This document shows positions 17,505 through 27,450 of a stretch of DNA of 64,000 nucleotides, in pieces. The position numbers were made by a program, and so were the translations under genes. Under the pieces are notes generated by a model. The model ran no database searches and was not told the origin of the DNA. It worked only from the letters and a program-made list of their open reading frames with translations. The stretch is from Candidatus Yanofskybacteria bacterium (lineage in GTDB: Bacteria > Patescibacteriota > Minisyncoccia > 2-02-FULL-40-12 > IGHO2-12-FULL-4): the NCBI GenBank assembly GCA_016185525.1, contig JACPNK010000005.1, positions 92,473 to 156,472 of the forward strand, given 5' to 3'. Each line of letters starts with the position of its first letter. Position 1 is the stretch's first letter.

Positions 17505-19751
17505 TTACTCAAAGTGTCTTATTTTTTGAAAGTTAGCCACTTGAGTCTTAAGAAGGGGAGACTTTTTCAGATTCGGGTCATCTTTCAACAAAAGCTTAGC
17601 TTCCAGCCGAGCTTTTTTTATTAACTCCAAATCGGTTAGAGAAGCCATTGCCAAGTCGGGTAAACCGGATTGTTTGGTGCCGACAAATTCTCCGGGTCCG
17701 CGCAAAAGCAAGTCTTGTTCAGCCAGCTTAAACCCGTCATCGCAACTCTCTAAAGCTTTGAGTCTTTTGTTCTCAAAACGGTTGTTGCCACCGTTGACCA
17801 AAAAGCAATAAGACTGATGTTCAGCCCGCCCCACCCTGCCCCTAAACTGGTGCAGTTGCGACAAACCGAACCTTTCAGCATTTTCAATCAGCATGACCGA
17901 GGCATTTGGAATATCAACGCCAACTTCAACAACCGAGGTAGACACCAAAATGTGATACTTCCTGTTTTTAAAATCTTCCATGATTTTTTCTTTTTCTTTA
18001 GGCTTCATCTTTCCATGAAGCATGGCGATTTTAAAATTGGGAAAAATACTTTTTGAAAGTTTTTCGTATTCAGCAGTAACAGCCTTAACTTCCGCCCACA
18101 ACACATTCATCTTGTTTTGTTTTCCCGAAGTCTTAATCACCTCTTGCGGGTTGCCCAGCTCAATACGGGGACATATCACAAAAGACTGTCGGCCGGATAG
18201 AATTTCTTTTTCAACAAAACCATAAACTTCAGAAGATTTATCTTTTGTAAAAACTTTGGTAATAATTTTCTTTCGGTCTTTTGGCTTTTCTTTGATTAAA
18301 GAAACATCCAAGTCGCCGTATACCGTCAATGCCAAAGTGCGGGGGATGGGAGTTGCTGTCATAGATAGCAAGTGCGGTGTTAGTTCTTGATTTTTAACAA
18401 GCTTCATTCTTTGCTCAATACCGAAACGATGCTGTTCGTCTATTACTATCAAACCGAGATTTTTAAACTTCACATTTTTTTGTATAACCGCGTGCGTGCC
18501 GACTATAATGTCTATCCGGCCATAGGCAATTTTCTTTTGCATTAACTTTTTAGGTATTTTTTCTTCGGTAACTTCATCAGTCGGCCATTGTTTTGTCTCG
18601 TTTCCAGTCAAGAGTCCAATGGTTAAGTTAGGCAAATCAGCCACACCCCTACTCGAAAATTCCCGAGCGAAGAGTCGAGGGTCGAGAGTGGGCGGTGTGG
18701 CTGATTTGCTATCAACTTTGTATTGTAAATTTACCAGTAACGACTTTATCGTTGCGTAATGCTGATGCGCCAGTATCTCTGTTGGCGCCAAAAAAACTGC
18801 CTGAAAACCTGAGTCAGCTGCCTGATATGCTGCGATTACGGCAACGATCGTCTTGCCTGAACCGACATCTCCGTTCAACAGCCTATTCATGGGATAACTT
18901 CTGCCAAAATCTTTCATAATCTCAAAAGCGCAGATCCTTTGATCATTTGTCAGAGCAAATGGCAAACTCTCAACAAAATCTTTTACCAACTCCGGTTTGA
19001 AGATTACTGAAGGCGCTTTAAGTTTAGAAAGGCCGCGCCGGCCCAGAAGAGATTTAATCTGAAATAAAAGCAATTCGTCAAAGGCGACTCTTTTTCTGGC
19101 AACTTCGGCTTCGACAACAGATTCCGGAAAGTGGATTGTTTTAATTGCTTGAACCAAATCCGGAAAATCGTATTTTTTTCTGATACCTTCAGGCAGGTAG
19201 TCGTAAATTCCGTCAACGGTAGCCAGCAAAGGTTTTATTAAAAAACGGAGATATTTTGAGGAAATACCCTCTGTTTCCGGGTACACAGGAACCAATCTGC
19301 CGGTATGAACCAGTTCCGTTTGCGGTTGGTAGTTTGAGTTATGAATCTTTTCGTAAGAAGGGCTGGAAAGATAAATTCCACGCTTATCCAAAGCCACCTT
19401 ACCGGATAAACTGACCAGACTTCCTTCAGCAAGAGAGTTTTCTATATACGGTTGATTGAACCAAACCACCCGGAGTTGTTCATCGGCATCTTTTATATGA
19501 GCCTCCGTTATAGACAACCGGCGGTGCCAAATATTAGTTGTCTTTATCTTCATCACTTCGCCCACCACGCTAACAACCCTGCCAGTCTCTTTGACCTCGC
19601 CAACACCAACTATTTGGGTAAAATCTTCGTAACGGCTGGGAAAATGCCAGAGCAAATCTTTGATAGTTTTAATGCCCAGTCTTTTCAGTCTTGGCAAATT
19701 CTTAGGCCCAACTTTAGGCAATTTTTCTATAGGAGTAGTCAGATCAAGCAT
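17505..19751 (-). CDS. recG: ATP-dependent DNA helicase RecG
   Basis: GDVGSGKT, DEQHRFG, TATPIPRT, QLHQFRGRVGR. Confidence 0.97.
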   Translation of the reverse strand: MLDLTTPIEKLPKVGPKNLPRLKRLGIKTIKDLLWHFPSRYEDFTQIVGVGEVKETGRVVSVVGEVMKIKTTNIWHRRLSITEAHIKDADEQLRVVWFNQPYIENSLAEGSLVSLSGKVALDKRGIYLSSPSYEKIHNSNYQPQTELVHTGRLVPVYPETEGISSKYLRFLIKPLLATVDGIYDYLPEGIRKKYDFPDLVQAIKTIHFPESVVEAEVARKRVAFDELLLFQIKSLLGRRGLSKLKAPSVIFKPELVKDFVESLPFALTNDQRICAFEIMKDFGRSYPMNRLLNGDVGSGKTIVAVIAAYQAADSGFQAVFLAPTEILAHQHYATIKSLLVNLQYKVDSKSATPPTLDPRLFAREFSSRGVADLPNLTIGLLTGNETKQWPTDEVTEEKIPKKLMQKKIAYGRIDIIVGTHAVIQKNVKFKNLGLIVIDEQHRFGIEQRMKLVKNQELTPHLLSMTATPIPRTLALTVYGDLDVSLIKEKPKDRKKIITKVFTKDKSSEVYGFVEKEILSGRQSFVICPRIELGNPQEVIKTSGKQNKMNVLWAEVKAVTAEYEKLSKSIFPNFKIAMLHGKMKPKEKEKIMEDFKNRKYHILVSTSVVEVGVDIPNASVMLIENAERFGLSQLHQFRGRVGRAEHQSYCFLVNGGNNRFENKRLKALESCDDGFKLAEQDLLLRGPGEFVGTKQSGLPDLAMASLTDLELIKKARLEAKLLLKDDPNLKKSPLLKTQVANFQKIRHFE

Positions 19752-19826
19752 ATAATCTTAATATCATTTCTAGCCGCGCCTTAAAAGCGTGCGCAAACTT
19801 TCAAGACAGCACATATGAGTTTGAGG

Positions 19827-20192
19827 TTAGAAAGACCTCAATAGCAACCAAAAGAAAAGAAAGCCAAACCCCCATATTGGTATGGTTAAATAGCTGGTAT
19901 GGCGTCCGGGCAAAGGATAGCGCTCATATAACCAAAGACGAGAACCCATAACTTTGTACCAAGAAAAACCCACCGCCCATTCAAGAGCCGGTCCTATTAA
20001 AGATGTAACCAAGAAAACATATAATGGTTTCCATCCTAGCCAAAATACAAGCAGGACAATACCTATAGTCGGTATCAAGATAATAAAAAAATATTCTTGC
20101 CACAAGAATTGATGTTTGCCTTTACTATATAAAAAGGCCAACAGAAATCCTGTGAAGATTAAGACTAAATAAAAGATTGAGAATTTTATCAT
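19827..20192 (-). CDS. Small multi-pass membrane protein
   Basis: Four hydrophobic segments; E...G..W...G.RLW.Y motif; start at ATG 20192 inferred. Confidence 0.7.
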   Translation of the reverse strand: MIKFSIFYLVLIFTGFLLAFLYSKGKHQFLWQEYFFIILIPTIGIVLLVFWLGWKPLYVFLVTSLIGPALEWAVGFSWYKVMGSRLWLYERYPLPGRHTSYLTIPIWGFGFLFFWLLLRSF

Positions 20193-20422
20193 GACCGTTT
20201 TCTGTAAAAACCCAAACCCTTCCAAAACTTATAGAGAGGCGTACTGACTTGTCCGTCCGAAGCTTTAGCGAAGGAGGATGACAATTTCCAAATTTTCTTT
20301 GGCGGAGTTCGGATTACTGAAATTCTAGCGAATTTCAGTCTTGGCGGCAAATTCTTTGAAAAACAAAACCGCCAGAGGCCTTTCGACATAGCGGTTTGAG
20401 CAGTCAGTCTGCTTAGTCCTTT

Positions 20423-20887
20423 TCAGGAACGAGTCGGTTTCTCCGAAAGGAGAGTACCGATCCATTCCATGTTGCCTTTGTGGTTCTCGAACCAGGGCCA
20501 TCGAGCTCTTGCGGCATCACGATTGAAAGGGTCGCCGATAATAAGCTCGACGGTCTCGTTGTCCTCGATTGCGATCTTGACCTTGTCGAAATCCGCAACC
20601 TCGATAGTACAGACTTCTTCACGACCAAACTCGTTCTCAGCTGGTGCATAGATACGCACCTTAACCTCGAAGGGATTGTAGTCATTTTCCCCACGAATAT
20701 CGACGTCGAGAGAATGAGTGGCTTGTTGAGGATTCTGTCCTCTGACGAAGTGCTCTGGACACATGCACTCATCGATCTTGAAGAAAAACATTGTCCCTTG
20801 AAGATCCTCAATCATGCAATTCTCGCCACGATGAGCATCAAAATACTTTCCTTTAACCAACGAACGAAGTCCTGTATAGACATGCAT
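20423..20887 (-). CDS. Hypothetical protein
   Basis: Strong AAGGAGGT SD; GC-richer; own terminator at about 20366-20398. Confidence 0.7.
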   Translation of the reverse strand: MHVYTGLRSLVKGKYFDAHRGENCMIEDLQGTMFFFKIDECMCPEHFVRGQNPQQATHSLDVDIRGENDYNPFEVKVRIYAPAENEFGREEVCTIEVADFDKVKIAIEDNETVELIIGDPFNRDAARARWPWFENHKGNMEWIGTLLSEKPTRS

Positions 20888-21069
20888 TTACTACCTCCTT
20901 TTTTGACAAAAACCGACTGAAACGAAAGTTCAGCCCACATCATACCATATCTTATCGTTGTTGTAAATAGCAACAACAAACAAGATAACAAAAAAGCCCA
21001 TATTCAGGCTATTTCTTACTCTTAAACTCTTATTAAAATTTTTCTTTTCTGCTTCTATAAAATATGGTT

Positions 21070-21191
21070 TCCTCTAGAGGCGGGGTTTTCGGGGAAGTGA
21101 AACTTTTCACTTTCCCTCAATACCCTTCTCATCCCACCAAAACAGATAATTAACAATACCTTCAAAAGGAAGATATTGTTAATTCCTGATG
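21070..21191 (-). repeat. tRNA 3' trailer element, copy behind tRNA-Leu
   Basis: 59 nt core matches 30488-30546 at 49/59 with compensatory stem changes. Confidence 0.7.
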
Positions 21192-21274
21192 TGCTCGGGG
21201 TGGGATTCGAACCCACATGGGCTTGCGCCCACAGCATTTTAAGTGCTGCGTGTAAACCATTCCACCACCCGAGC
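21192..21274 (-). tRNA. tRNA-Leu(TAA)
   Basis: GCTCGGG acceptor, CAGCA-CTTAAAA-TGCTG anticodon arm, long variable arm, TTCGAAT T-loop. Confidence 0.95.
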
Positions 21275-21285
21275 AATTTAGATTT

Positions 21286-21996
21286 TCAAGTCTTCTCACT
21301 CTTCTTAGCCCATTCTACCGCCTCGGCCAAAGAGTGGAAAGTGCCTGCGTCAACCCAAAAACCCCCAACAAATTCAGCTTTCATTTTTTTATTCCGGATG
21401 TAGGCGTTGTTTACGTCAGTGATTTCAAATTCGCCGCGAGCCGACGGCTTAAGCGTGCGGATAATATCAAACACTTTTGAATCATACTGATACAACCCGG
21501 TAACAGCAAAAGGGGATAGCGCTTTTTTGGGCTTTTCAACGATGGCCGAAACCAGCTTGCCTTTTAACGTCGCCACACCGAATCTTTCCGGATCCGGAAC
21601 CTTCTTTAAAAATATCCTTGCTCCGCCGGAAAAAGTTTTGATTGCTTTGGAAAAAGTATCCTCAAAAACATTATCGCCTAAAATTACAGTCATTAAATCT
21701 TTGCCGACAAATTCTTCGGCTAGCAAAAGAGCGTGAGCTATGCCCAAAGTTTTTTCTTGCACTCTATAGGTAAAATTTGCCCCGAAATCTCTGCCCGAAC
21801 CAAGATATTCTATAAAATCTCCGGAGTGCTCGCGCCCGGAAACGATTAAAATGTCTTTTATACCAGACTTTAAGAGGGTGTTTAGTGGGTACTCAATCAA
21901 GGCCCGGTCAAAAACGGGCAACAAACTTTTGTTTACTAAATTTGTCAGCGGCCGAAGGCGCGTACCGTTGCCGCCGGCCAAGATGACTCCACGCAT
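21286..21996 (-). CDS. Glucose-1-phosphate thymidylyltransferase (RmlA/SpsI-like)
   Basis: GVILAGGNGTRLRPLT, LGDN, EKP, SARGEFEITD, W.DAGT. Confidence 0.93.
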   Translation of the reverse strand: MRGVILAGGNGTRLRPLTNLVNKSLLPVFDRALIEYPLNTLLKSGIKDILIVSGREHSGDFIEYLGSGRDFGANFTYRVQEKTLGIAHALLLAEEFVGKDLMTVILGDNVFEDTFSKAIKTFSGGARIFLKKVPDPERFGVATLKGKLVSAIVEKPKKALSPFAVTGLYQYDSKVFDIIRTLKPSARGEFEITDVNNAYIRNKKMKAEFVGGFWVDAGTFHSLAEAVEWAKKSEKT

Positions 21997-22007
21997 GGAT
22001 AATTTGT

Positions 22008-22442
22008 TTAAATTGGTTTGTGTCTAGATTTATTTAAAACTTTCATTCTTAAATAAATCTTTTCTAGCCTTGCATCACTCTCTGGATTTGACTTGGGTTT
22101 TATAATAGAAAGGGCATCTAGCAAGAGCTCGGCTTGTTTTTTCTTTACACGGATGTGCTGTAACATGGGTGGCAAGAACTTTCTAATCTCGTTTGAATAA
22201 AGAGTGAGATAGTACATTAACCGTTTACTGCCTTTTGCTTCGCGCAATCTTTTTTTATCAAATTTTTGCATGATAAACTCCAATCCCTCTTTATCTGACA
22301 TTCCAACAGATATGCGTAACTCCCAAACCCAGCCCCGCTTGCCACAATGTTTTGTTTTTGCAAAATGTTTAGCAACTACAAAACTTCCTTCGCCGTCGAG
22401 TAGCCCTGCTATATAAGCATAGTCCGTATCAGTTAATTCCAC
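22008..22442 (-). CDS. Free-standing single-motif LAGLIDADG endonuclease
   Basis: AYIAGLLDGEGSF, RVKKKQAELL; GTG start 6 nt after TAAAAT. Confidence 0.88.
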   Translation of the reverse strand: MELTDTDYAYIAGLLDGEGSFVVAKHFAKTKHCGKRGWVWELRISVGMSDKEGLEFIMQKFDKKRLREAKGSKRLMYYLTLYSNEIRKFLPPMLQHIRVKKKQAELLLDALSIIKPKSNPESDARLEKIYLRMKVLNKSRHKPI

Positions 22443-22508
22443 GGGTTAATTTTATCATACTGTATTGAGATTACCACCCGCACAATATACACCTTTCATT
22501 GTTGAAAG

Positions 22509-23063
22509 TTAGTAATTTTTAGGCGATGTTGGATCGTAATTAAAATGAAAATACTCTCGTTTTTTGCCTAATCTAAAACCATTATTCTGCATAATGCCTA
22601 TGAGTATTTCTTGAAGTTCTTGGTAGCTTCTGTTGCTTTGTTTATAAAAATCAACAAAATAGCCATTAATTCCATCTTTCTTGTCATGTAAAATAATTTT
22701 TTTACCATCTTTCCACGATGCCACGTCTACTGACTTGCCAGTCGAGTGGGGCATATCGATTATATTTAGTATACGATTGGTATCAACTTCGCCGATTTTC
22801 TCTTTCATTTTGTTATTAACAAGAGTATACAAGTCTTTTGATCTGTATCCTTCTGTAATGTAAAGCCGATACTCTTTATTTTGAAGTTCTCTATCAGCAC
22901 TTTTTAATGCCTGAACTATGTCTTTATGAACCAAAACACGCTCGTCGTGCAAATCAACACTTACTAGATCTTCCTTAGAAATTCCTATTTCAACTCCTTT
23001 GCGCCAATAAAAATTACTGCCTAACAAGTCATAATCGTCAATGTAAACAAAGTTTTTGTCCAT
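22509..23063 (-). CDS. M15-family D-Ala-D-Ala dipeptidase (VanX-like)
   Basis: I.EGYRS, HSTGKSVD, EYFHF zinc motifs. Confidence 0.82.
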   Translation of the reverse strand: MDKNFVYIDDYDLLGSNFYWRKGVEIGISKEDLVSVDLHDERVLVHKDIVQALKSADRELQNKEYRLYITEGYRSKDLYTLVNNKMKEKIGEVDTNRILNIIDMPHSTGKSVDVASWKDGKKIILHDKKDGINGYFVDFYKQSNRSYQELQEILIGIMQNNGFRLGKKREYFHFNYDPTSPKNY

Positions 23064-23065
23064 TG

Positions 23066-23137
23066 AGGCGGCAGCGAGAATTGCACTCGCGTATATTCCT
23101 TTTGCAGAGGAACGCCTTACTCCTTGGCTATGCCGCC
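23066..23137 (-). tRNA. tRNA-Cys(GCA)
   Basis: GGCGGCA acceptor, TTCCT-CTGCAAA-AGGAA, U73; T-loop TGCAATT. Confidence 0.92.
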
Positions 23138-23139
23138 GT

Positions 23140-23481
23140 CTATTTCTCTTTAACTTTTTCTATTATTTTCTCTACTTCAGCTGCTCTTTCCTCTGTTTCA
23201 TCCAGAACAAAAAACAATTTGGGAACTGGCCGCATTTGCAGTTTTTTATTCAACGTCTGCTGAAAAAAATATATATTTCTGTTAATATTTTCCAAAACTT
23301 TTTTAGCGACATCTAAAGGAAAAATGGAGACGTAGACCCTGGCGTGATTATGATCCTCCGAAATAACTGCCCGGGTTACCGTAACCAAAGCTTCAAAATC
23401 AAGATCAAGTTCGCGATGCAAAATCTTTCCCACCTCATCTCTAACCAAATCGCCAATCTTTTCTTTACGATATAACGACAT
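23140..23481 (-). CDS. rbfA: Ribosome-binding factor A
   Basis: R.EKI, VTVT, S.D...ARVY, MRPVPKL.F..D; follows infB. Confidence 0.93.
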   Translation of the reverse strand: MSLYRKEKIGDLVRDEVGKILHRELDLDFEALVTVTRAVISEDHNHARVYVSIFPLDVAKKVLENINRNIYFFQQTLNKKLQMRPVPKLFFVLDETEERAAEVEKIIEKVKEK

Positions 23482-23510
23482 AAAAAATTAATAAGAAATA
23501 AATTTTTAAC

Positions 23511-25040
23511 CTAGAGCGATCTTTTTATTTTTTCCTCTTCGTAAACTTCTAAGATGTCTCCCTCTTTGACAAACATATTTGGAGCGATCGGCTGACCGAA
23601 ATCAACTCTTAAGCCGGCCTCTAAACCCTCGGCGACTTCTTCAACATCCGCTTTTTGCTGTTGAAGCTGTCCGAGCTTTCCTTTCGTTATTACATTACTG
23701 TTTCTAGTTACCTCAATCAACGCGCCTCTCTTGATTTTACCAGAAACCACTTTTCCTCCCACAACCTGATTTTTAGGATCCTTTTTGAATAAGGCCAACA
23801 CCTTAAGCTTACCCAAGGAAATTCTATTAATTTCCGGGTCTAAAAGGTCGGACATCTTTCTTTTTACCTCCTCCACCAGTTCATATATTATATCAAAGGA
23901 TTCCACAACAACTCCTTCTCTTTCTGCTATCTGACGAAGAGAACTACTGACCGGAACGTGAAAACCGACAACCACCGCTTTGGTTGCTACGGCCTTTTTA
24001 ATATCGCCCTCCGAAATATTACCGACACCGTAATCTACAATTTTGTAACTTACCTCCTCCGATTTTATCGTCCTCAAAACTTGGTCAATTGCCTCAAGAG
24101 AACTTGAAACATCGGCTTTCACAATTAAGTTCAGGCTTTTATTTTTACTTTTTTCCGGACCGCTTTCTTGGACAAAAATTACCGGCTGGCCCAACGTTGA
24201 ATTCTCTTTGGCCAGTTTTAAAGCTTCTTCTCTGGACTCAGCTTTTCTTACAATAGAGCCTAGGATTGGGGGAGTACCCCAGCCCAAAACTACCGAAGGC
24301 TTTGAAGCGCCGGCTTCCGTTATACTTCTGCCCAAAAAGTCTGACATTGATTTTATCCTGACAGCTTCCGCTCCAGCAACGACCCAGTCGTTAACACGAA
24401 AAAAACCGCTTTTCACTAAAATTGTAGCCACGTAGCCACGTCGGCTGTCAAGATGCGAATCAATTATAATTCCGGTGGTGGAGGTGTCGTCTGATTTCAG
24501 TTCTTCCAGCTCGGCTACCAGAAGAATCATCTCCAGCAAAGAATCTATGCCTTGCCCTGTTTTCGCTGATACTTCAACTGCCGGGACTTTACCGCCCCAC
24601 TCTTCTATAAAAACATTATTTTCAGAAAGTTCCTGTTTAACTCTCTGCACATTGGCATTTTCTTTGTCCACCTTGTTTATGGCAACAATAAAAGGAGTTT
24701 TGGTGTCTTCAATAATTTTGATAGCTTCCTTTGTTTGCGGCTTGACTCCTTCATCGGCGGCTACAACCAGAACAGCTACATCGGCCACGTTAGCGCCTCT
24801 GGAACGTATGGCTGAAAAAGCTTCGTGGCCGGGTGTGTCCAAGAACGTAATCATCTTTCCATTAGACTCTACTTGATAAGCTCCGATATGTTGGGTAATC
24901 CCGCCAGCTTCGCCTTCGGCAATTTTAGTCTTACGAATATAATCCAGAATTTTGGTCTTACCGTGGTCAACGTGTCCCAAAACAACCACAATTGGTGGTC
25001 TGGTTTGAAAATTTACCTTTTTTCCCTGTGTTTCTGCCAT
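23511..25040 (-). CDS. infB: Translation initiation factor IF-2 (short form)
   Basis: RPPIVVVLGHVDHGKT, GGITQHIGAY, DTPGH, NKVD. Confidence 0.97.
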   Translation of the reverse strand: MAETQGKKVNFQTRPPIVVVLGHVDHGKTKILDYIRKTKIAEGEAGGITQHIGAYQVESNGKMITFLDTPGHEAFSAIRSRGANVADVAVLVVAADEGVKPQTKEAIKIIEDTKTPFIVAINKVDKENANVQRVKQELSENNVFIEEWGGKVPAVEVSAKTGQGIDSLLEMILLVAELEELKSDDTSTTGIIIDSHLDSRRGYVATILVKSGFFRVNDWVVAGAEAVRIKSMSDFLGRSITEAGASKPSVVLGWGTPPILGSIVRKAESREEALKLAKENSTLGQPVIFVQESGPEKSKNKSLNLIVKADVSSSLEAIDQVLRTIKSEEVSYKIVDYGVGNISEGDIKKAVATKAVVVGFHVPVSSSLRQIAEREGVVVESFDIIYELVEEVKRKMSDLLDPEINRISLGKLKVLALFKKDPKNQVVGGKVVSGKIKRGALIEVTRNSNVITKGKLGQLQQQKADVEEVAEGLEAGLRVDFGQPIAPNMFVKEGDILEVYEEEKIKRSL

Positions 25041-25095
25041 ATTAGAAGTTCAGAAAATATAGCATTTTAAAGTGTTTTGGGCAAATTGTTGTATC

Positions 25096-25288
25096 ATATC
25101 AAACTTGGCAAACACTGCTTCTTTAGTACGTTCGTCTGCTCCTGCCTGCCTGCCGGCAGGCAGGCGGCAGACTCACTCGCGCTGAAGTTGGGGTTTGCTC
25201 GCAGTTAAAAGAATAATTATACTGCTCGCAACCAAGCAACCCTCAACTTCAGAGCGACCGCAGAAGCAGTGTTTGCCAAGTTTGATAT
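25096..25288. repeat. Structured multi-stem element, copy B
   Basis: 27 bp perfect outer inverted repeat; loop blocks shared with 1227-1371; contains CCTGCCTGCCGGCAGGCAGG. Confidence 0.75.
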
Positions 25289-25315
25289 AAAAAAACCGCT
25301 TCTTGCGAAGCGGTA
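25289..25315 (-). terminator. Terminator of the PBP gene
   Basis: ACCGCTTC..GAAGCGGT hairpin with T run on the minus strand. Confidence 0.65.
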
Positions 25316-25338
25316 CCTGTTTGTTTAGATACCGGAAT

Positions 25339-27282
25339 TTATATAGGATTTATAATCTTTTGAACCTTTTCCTCCACGGCAGAAGAGAAGCTGGCTTTAG
25401 GTTTGTCTTTGTATATTTCTTCTATAATCCGCCTGCATATCGGGGCGGCAAGCAAACCTCCGGTTTGTCTGGCACCGATGCTTTTAGGCGTATCGTAGCC
25501 AAGCCTGACTCCGACCGTATAACCACGGCTACCGGGGGTGAAACCAAAAAACAAAACATCTCGTGACTCATTTGTTGTTCCTGTTTTTCCGGCAACTTTT
25601 TGTTCTATGCCTTTGAAAGTTAGTTTAGCCGTTCCAATTTCGGTAACCGCTCTCATCAAAACTGTCATGTCTTCAGCAACTTTGGGAGAAAGTACATTTT
25701 TTACTACCGACTCTTTTTGAAAAAGTATCTTGCCTTCAGAGTCGGCAATTTCGTAAACGATAACCGGTTCGTAATAAGAGCCTTGATTGGGAAAGACAGA
25801 AAAAGCGGTCGTAAGCTCCAAAAGACCGACTGACGAAGCGCCTATTGCTGTCGGCAAGTATGGATCAAGTTTGCTTTTTATGCCCATCTCGTGAGCTGTT
25901 TCTATTATCTTCTTAATGCCGATCCGGCTAGCCAAAAATATTGTCGCAACATTTCTGGAGAGAATAAATCCATCGCTAGTGTCGATGAGACCCATAAAGT
26001 CGGGGTGAGATTTCTCGTGGTAATTTCTAGGACTCCACCACTTTATAACCTGCCCATGAAAACTTATTTTTCCCGGCAAATGAATTGGACAGTCACAGAT
26101 TTTATCGTTAAATTTCCAACCTTCTTTCAAGGCCGTAGCATAAGTAAAAATTTTAAAAGCTGAACCCGGTTGACGTATGGCCGACTCTTGGACAGCCCGA
26201 TTGTATTTCGTCTCAGCAAAATCGTGCCCACCGACAACTGCCACTATTTTTCCGGAAAAGTTCTCAATCACCACTACCGCGCCTTCAAGCTTTTCTTTGG
26301 TATTACCCCAATCATTATTTAACTTAGCAAGATGTTCACTCAAAGCACTGACAGCAATATGCTGAATATGGCTGTCTATTGTAGTTTTGACTTTCAGACC
26401 GCCTTTGTGCCAAATTTCCTCACTATCATAGCCCTTTTTCAAGAGAACCCGGCGAACAAAATCTTTTGCGTAGTTAAAACTGGAGTCAACCTTTGACAAG
26501 TTCAGGCTTATTGGCTCCTTAGTCATTTTTTCGTACTCCGACTGACTGATAAATTTGTTCTCTTTCATTAAAAGCAAAACCAAATTTCTTCGCTCCAGAG
26601 CCGCCTCTTTTTTGTTTATCGGAGAAAAGCGTGCGGGGGATTTAACCAAGGCGGCCAGCATGGCTGTTTCCGGCGCCGTAAGTTCTTTGAGTTCTTTGCT
26701 AAAATAATATCGGCTGGCTTCAACTATGCCGAAGCGGCCATAGCCGAAATAAACATAGTTTATATAAGCTTCAAATATTTCTTGCTTGGTATAACGGCGT
26801 TCAAGCTGTATAGCCAGACGAGCTTCCTTTATTTTTCTCCAGTAAGTTTGATCTCGTCTCTTAAACTCCGGTATCTCGTCTTCGTAAAGAAAACGATCTA
26901 GTTGTTGAGTAATTGTGCTAGCACCAGAAACTACACGCCGGCTCATTTTGTTATGAAGCCAAGCCCGTAATATCGCTCTCGGATCAACACCCCAATGAGA
27001 AAAAAATCTCTTGTCTTCTGCCGCTAAAATAGAGTTTTTGACAAGTTCCGGAATGTTGTCAAATTTAACCGGATCCCTGTTTTCATAGAAAAACCTGCCG
27101 GCAATTTTTTCATCTTTTGAATAGATGTATGAAGACTGCTTGAGTTCAAGATGAGAAAGTTTCTTAATATCCGGCAAATCATCTGTTTTAAAATACAGAT
27201 AATAAAAACCGTAAGAGCCGGTCAAAATAACTGCCGTCAGCAAAGACAACAAAAAAAGGCCTATTTTTTGACGTAATCTCAA
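25339..27282 (-). CDS. Class A penicillin-binding protein (PBP1A family)
   Basis: Transglycosylase EDKRF, GASTITQQ, RKIKE; transpeptidase SAFK, SRN, KTG; TTG start with AGGAGG. Confidence 0.93.
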   Translation of the reverse strand: MRLRQKIGLFLLSLLTAVILTGSYGFYYLYFKTDDLPDIKKLSHLELKQSSYIYSKDEKIAGRFFYENRDPVKFDNIPELVKNSILAAEDKRFFSHWGVDPRAILRAWLHNKMSRRVVSGASTITQQLDRFLYEDEIPEFKRRDQTYWRKIKEARLAIQLERRYTKQEIFEAYINYVYFGYGRFGIVEASRYYFSKELKELTAPETAMLAALVKSPARFSPINKKEAALERRNLVLLLMKENKFISQSEYEKMTKEPISLNLSKVDSSFNYAKDFVRRVLLKKGYDSEEIWHKGGLKVKTTIDSHIQHIAVSALSEHLAKLNNDWGNTKEKLEGAVVVIENFSGKIVAVVGGHDFAETKYNRAVQESAIRQPGSAFKIFTYATALKEGWKFNDKICDCPIHLPGKISFHGQVIKWWSPRNYHEKSHPDFMGLIDTSDGFILSRNVATIFLASRIGIKKIIETAHEMGIKSKLDPYLPTAIGASSVGLLELTTAFSVFPNQGSYYEPVIVYEIADSEGKILFQKESVVKNVLSPKVAEDMTVLMRAVTEIGTAKLTFKGIEQKVAGKTGTTNESRDVLFFGFTPGSRGYTVGVRLGYDTPKSIGARQTGGLLAAPICRRIIEEIYKDKPKASFSSAVEEKVQKIINPI

Positions 27283-27450
27283 GTAGCTTGCCTCCTTTCT
27301 TCAGATTTTAAGGTTCTTTGTTTTGAATAAAAATACCACTTTTGTGAAGTAGTTCAAGCGCTTAGCGTTTTTGGCGGTAAGTTTACTTTTTTAAAATCTT
27401 CTTCTATACTTTGGGCAAATAGGTCTTATGTTCTTTGAAAAGGGGGCGAT

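Noticed and set aside
20189-20389. 66 aa ORF
   Set aside because: Runs through a terminator and a REP-like hairpin (about 20250-20279); no motif.
21997-22508. Group I intron or intein around the LAGLIDADG ORF
   Set aside because: Flanking genes are intact and the spacers (11 and 66 nt) are too short for a ribozyme core.
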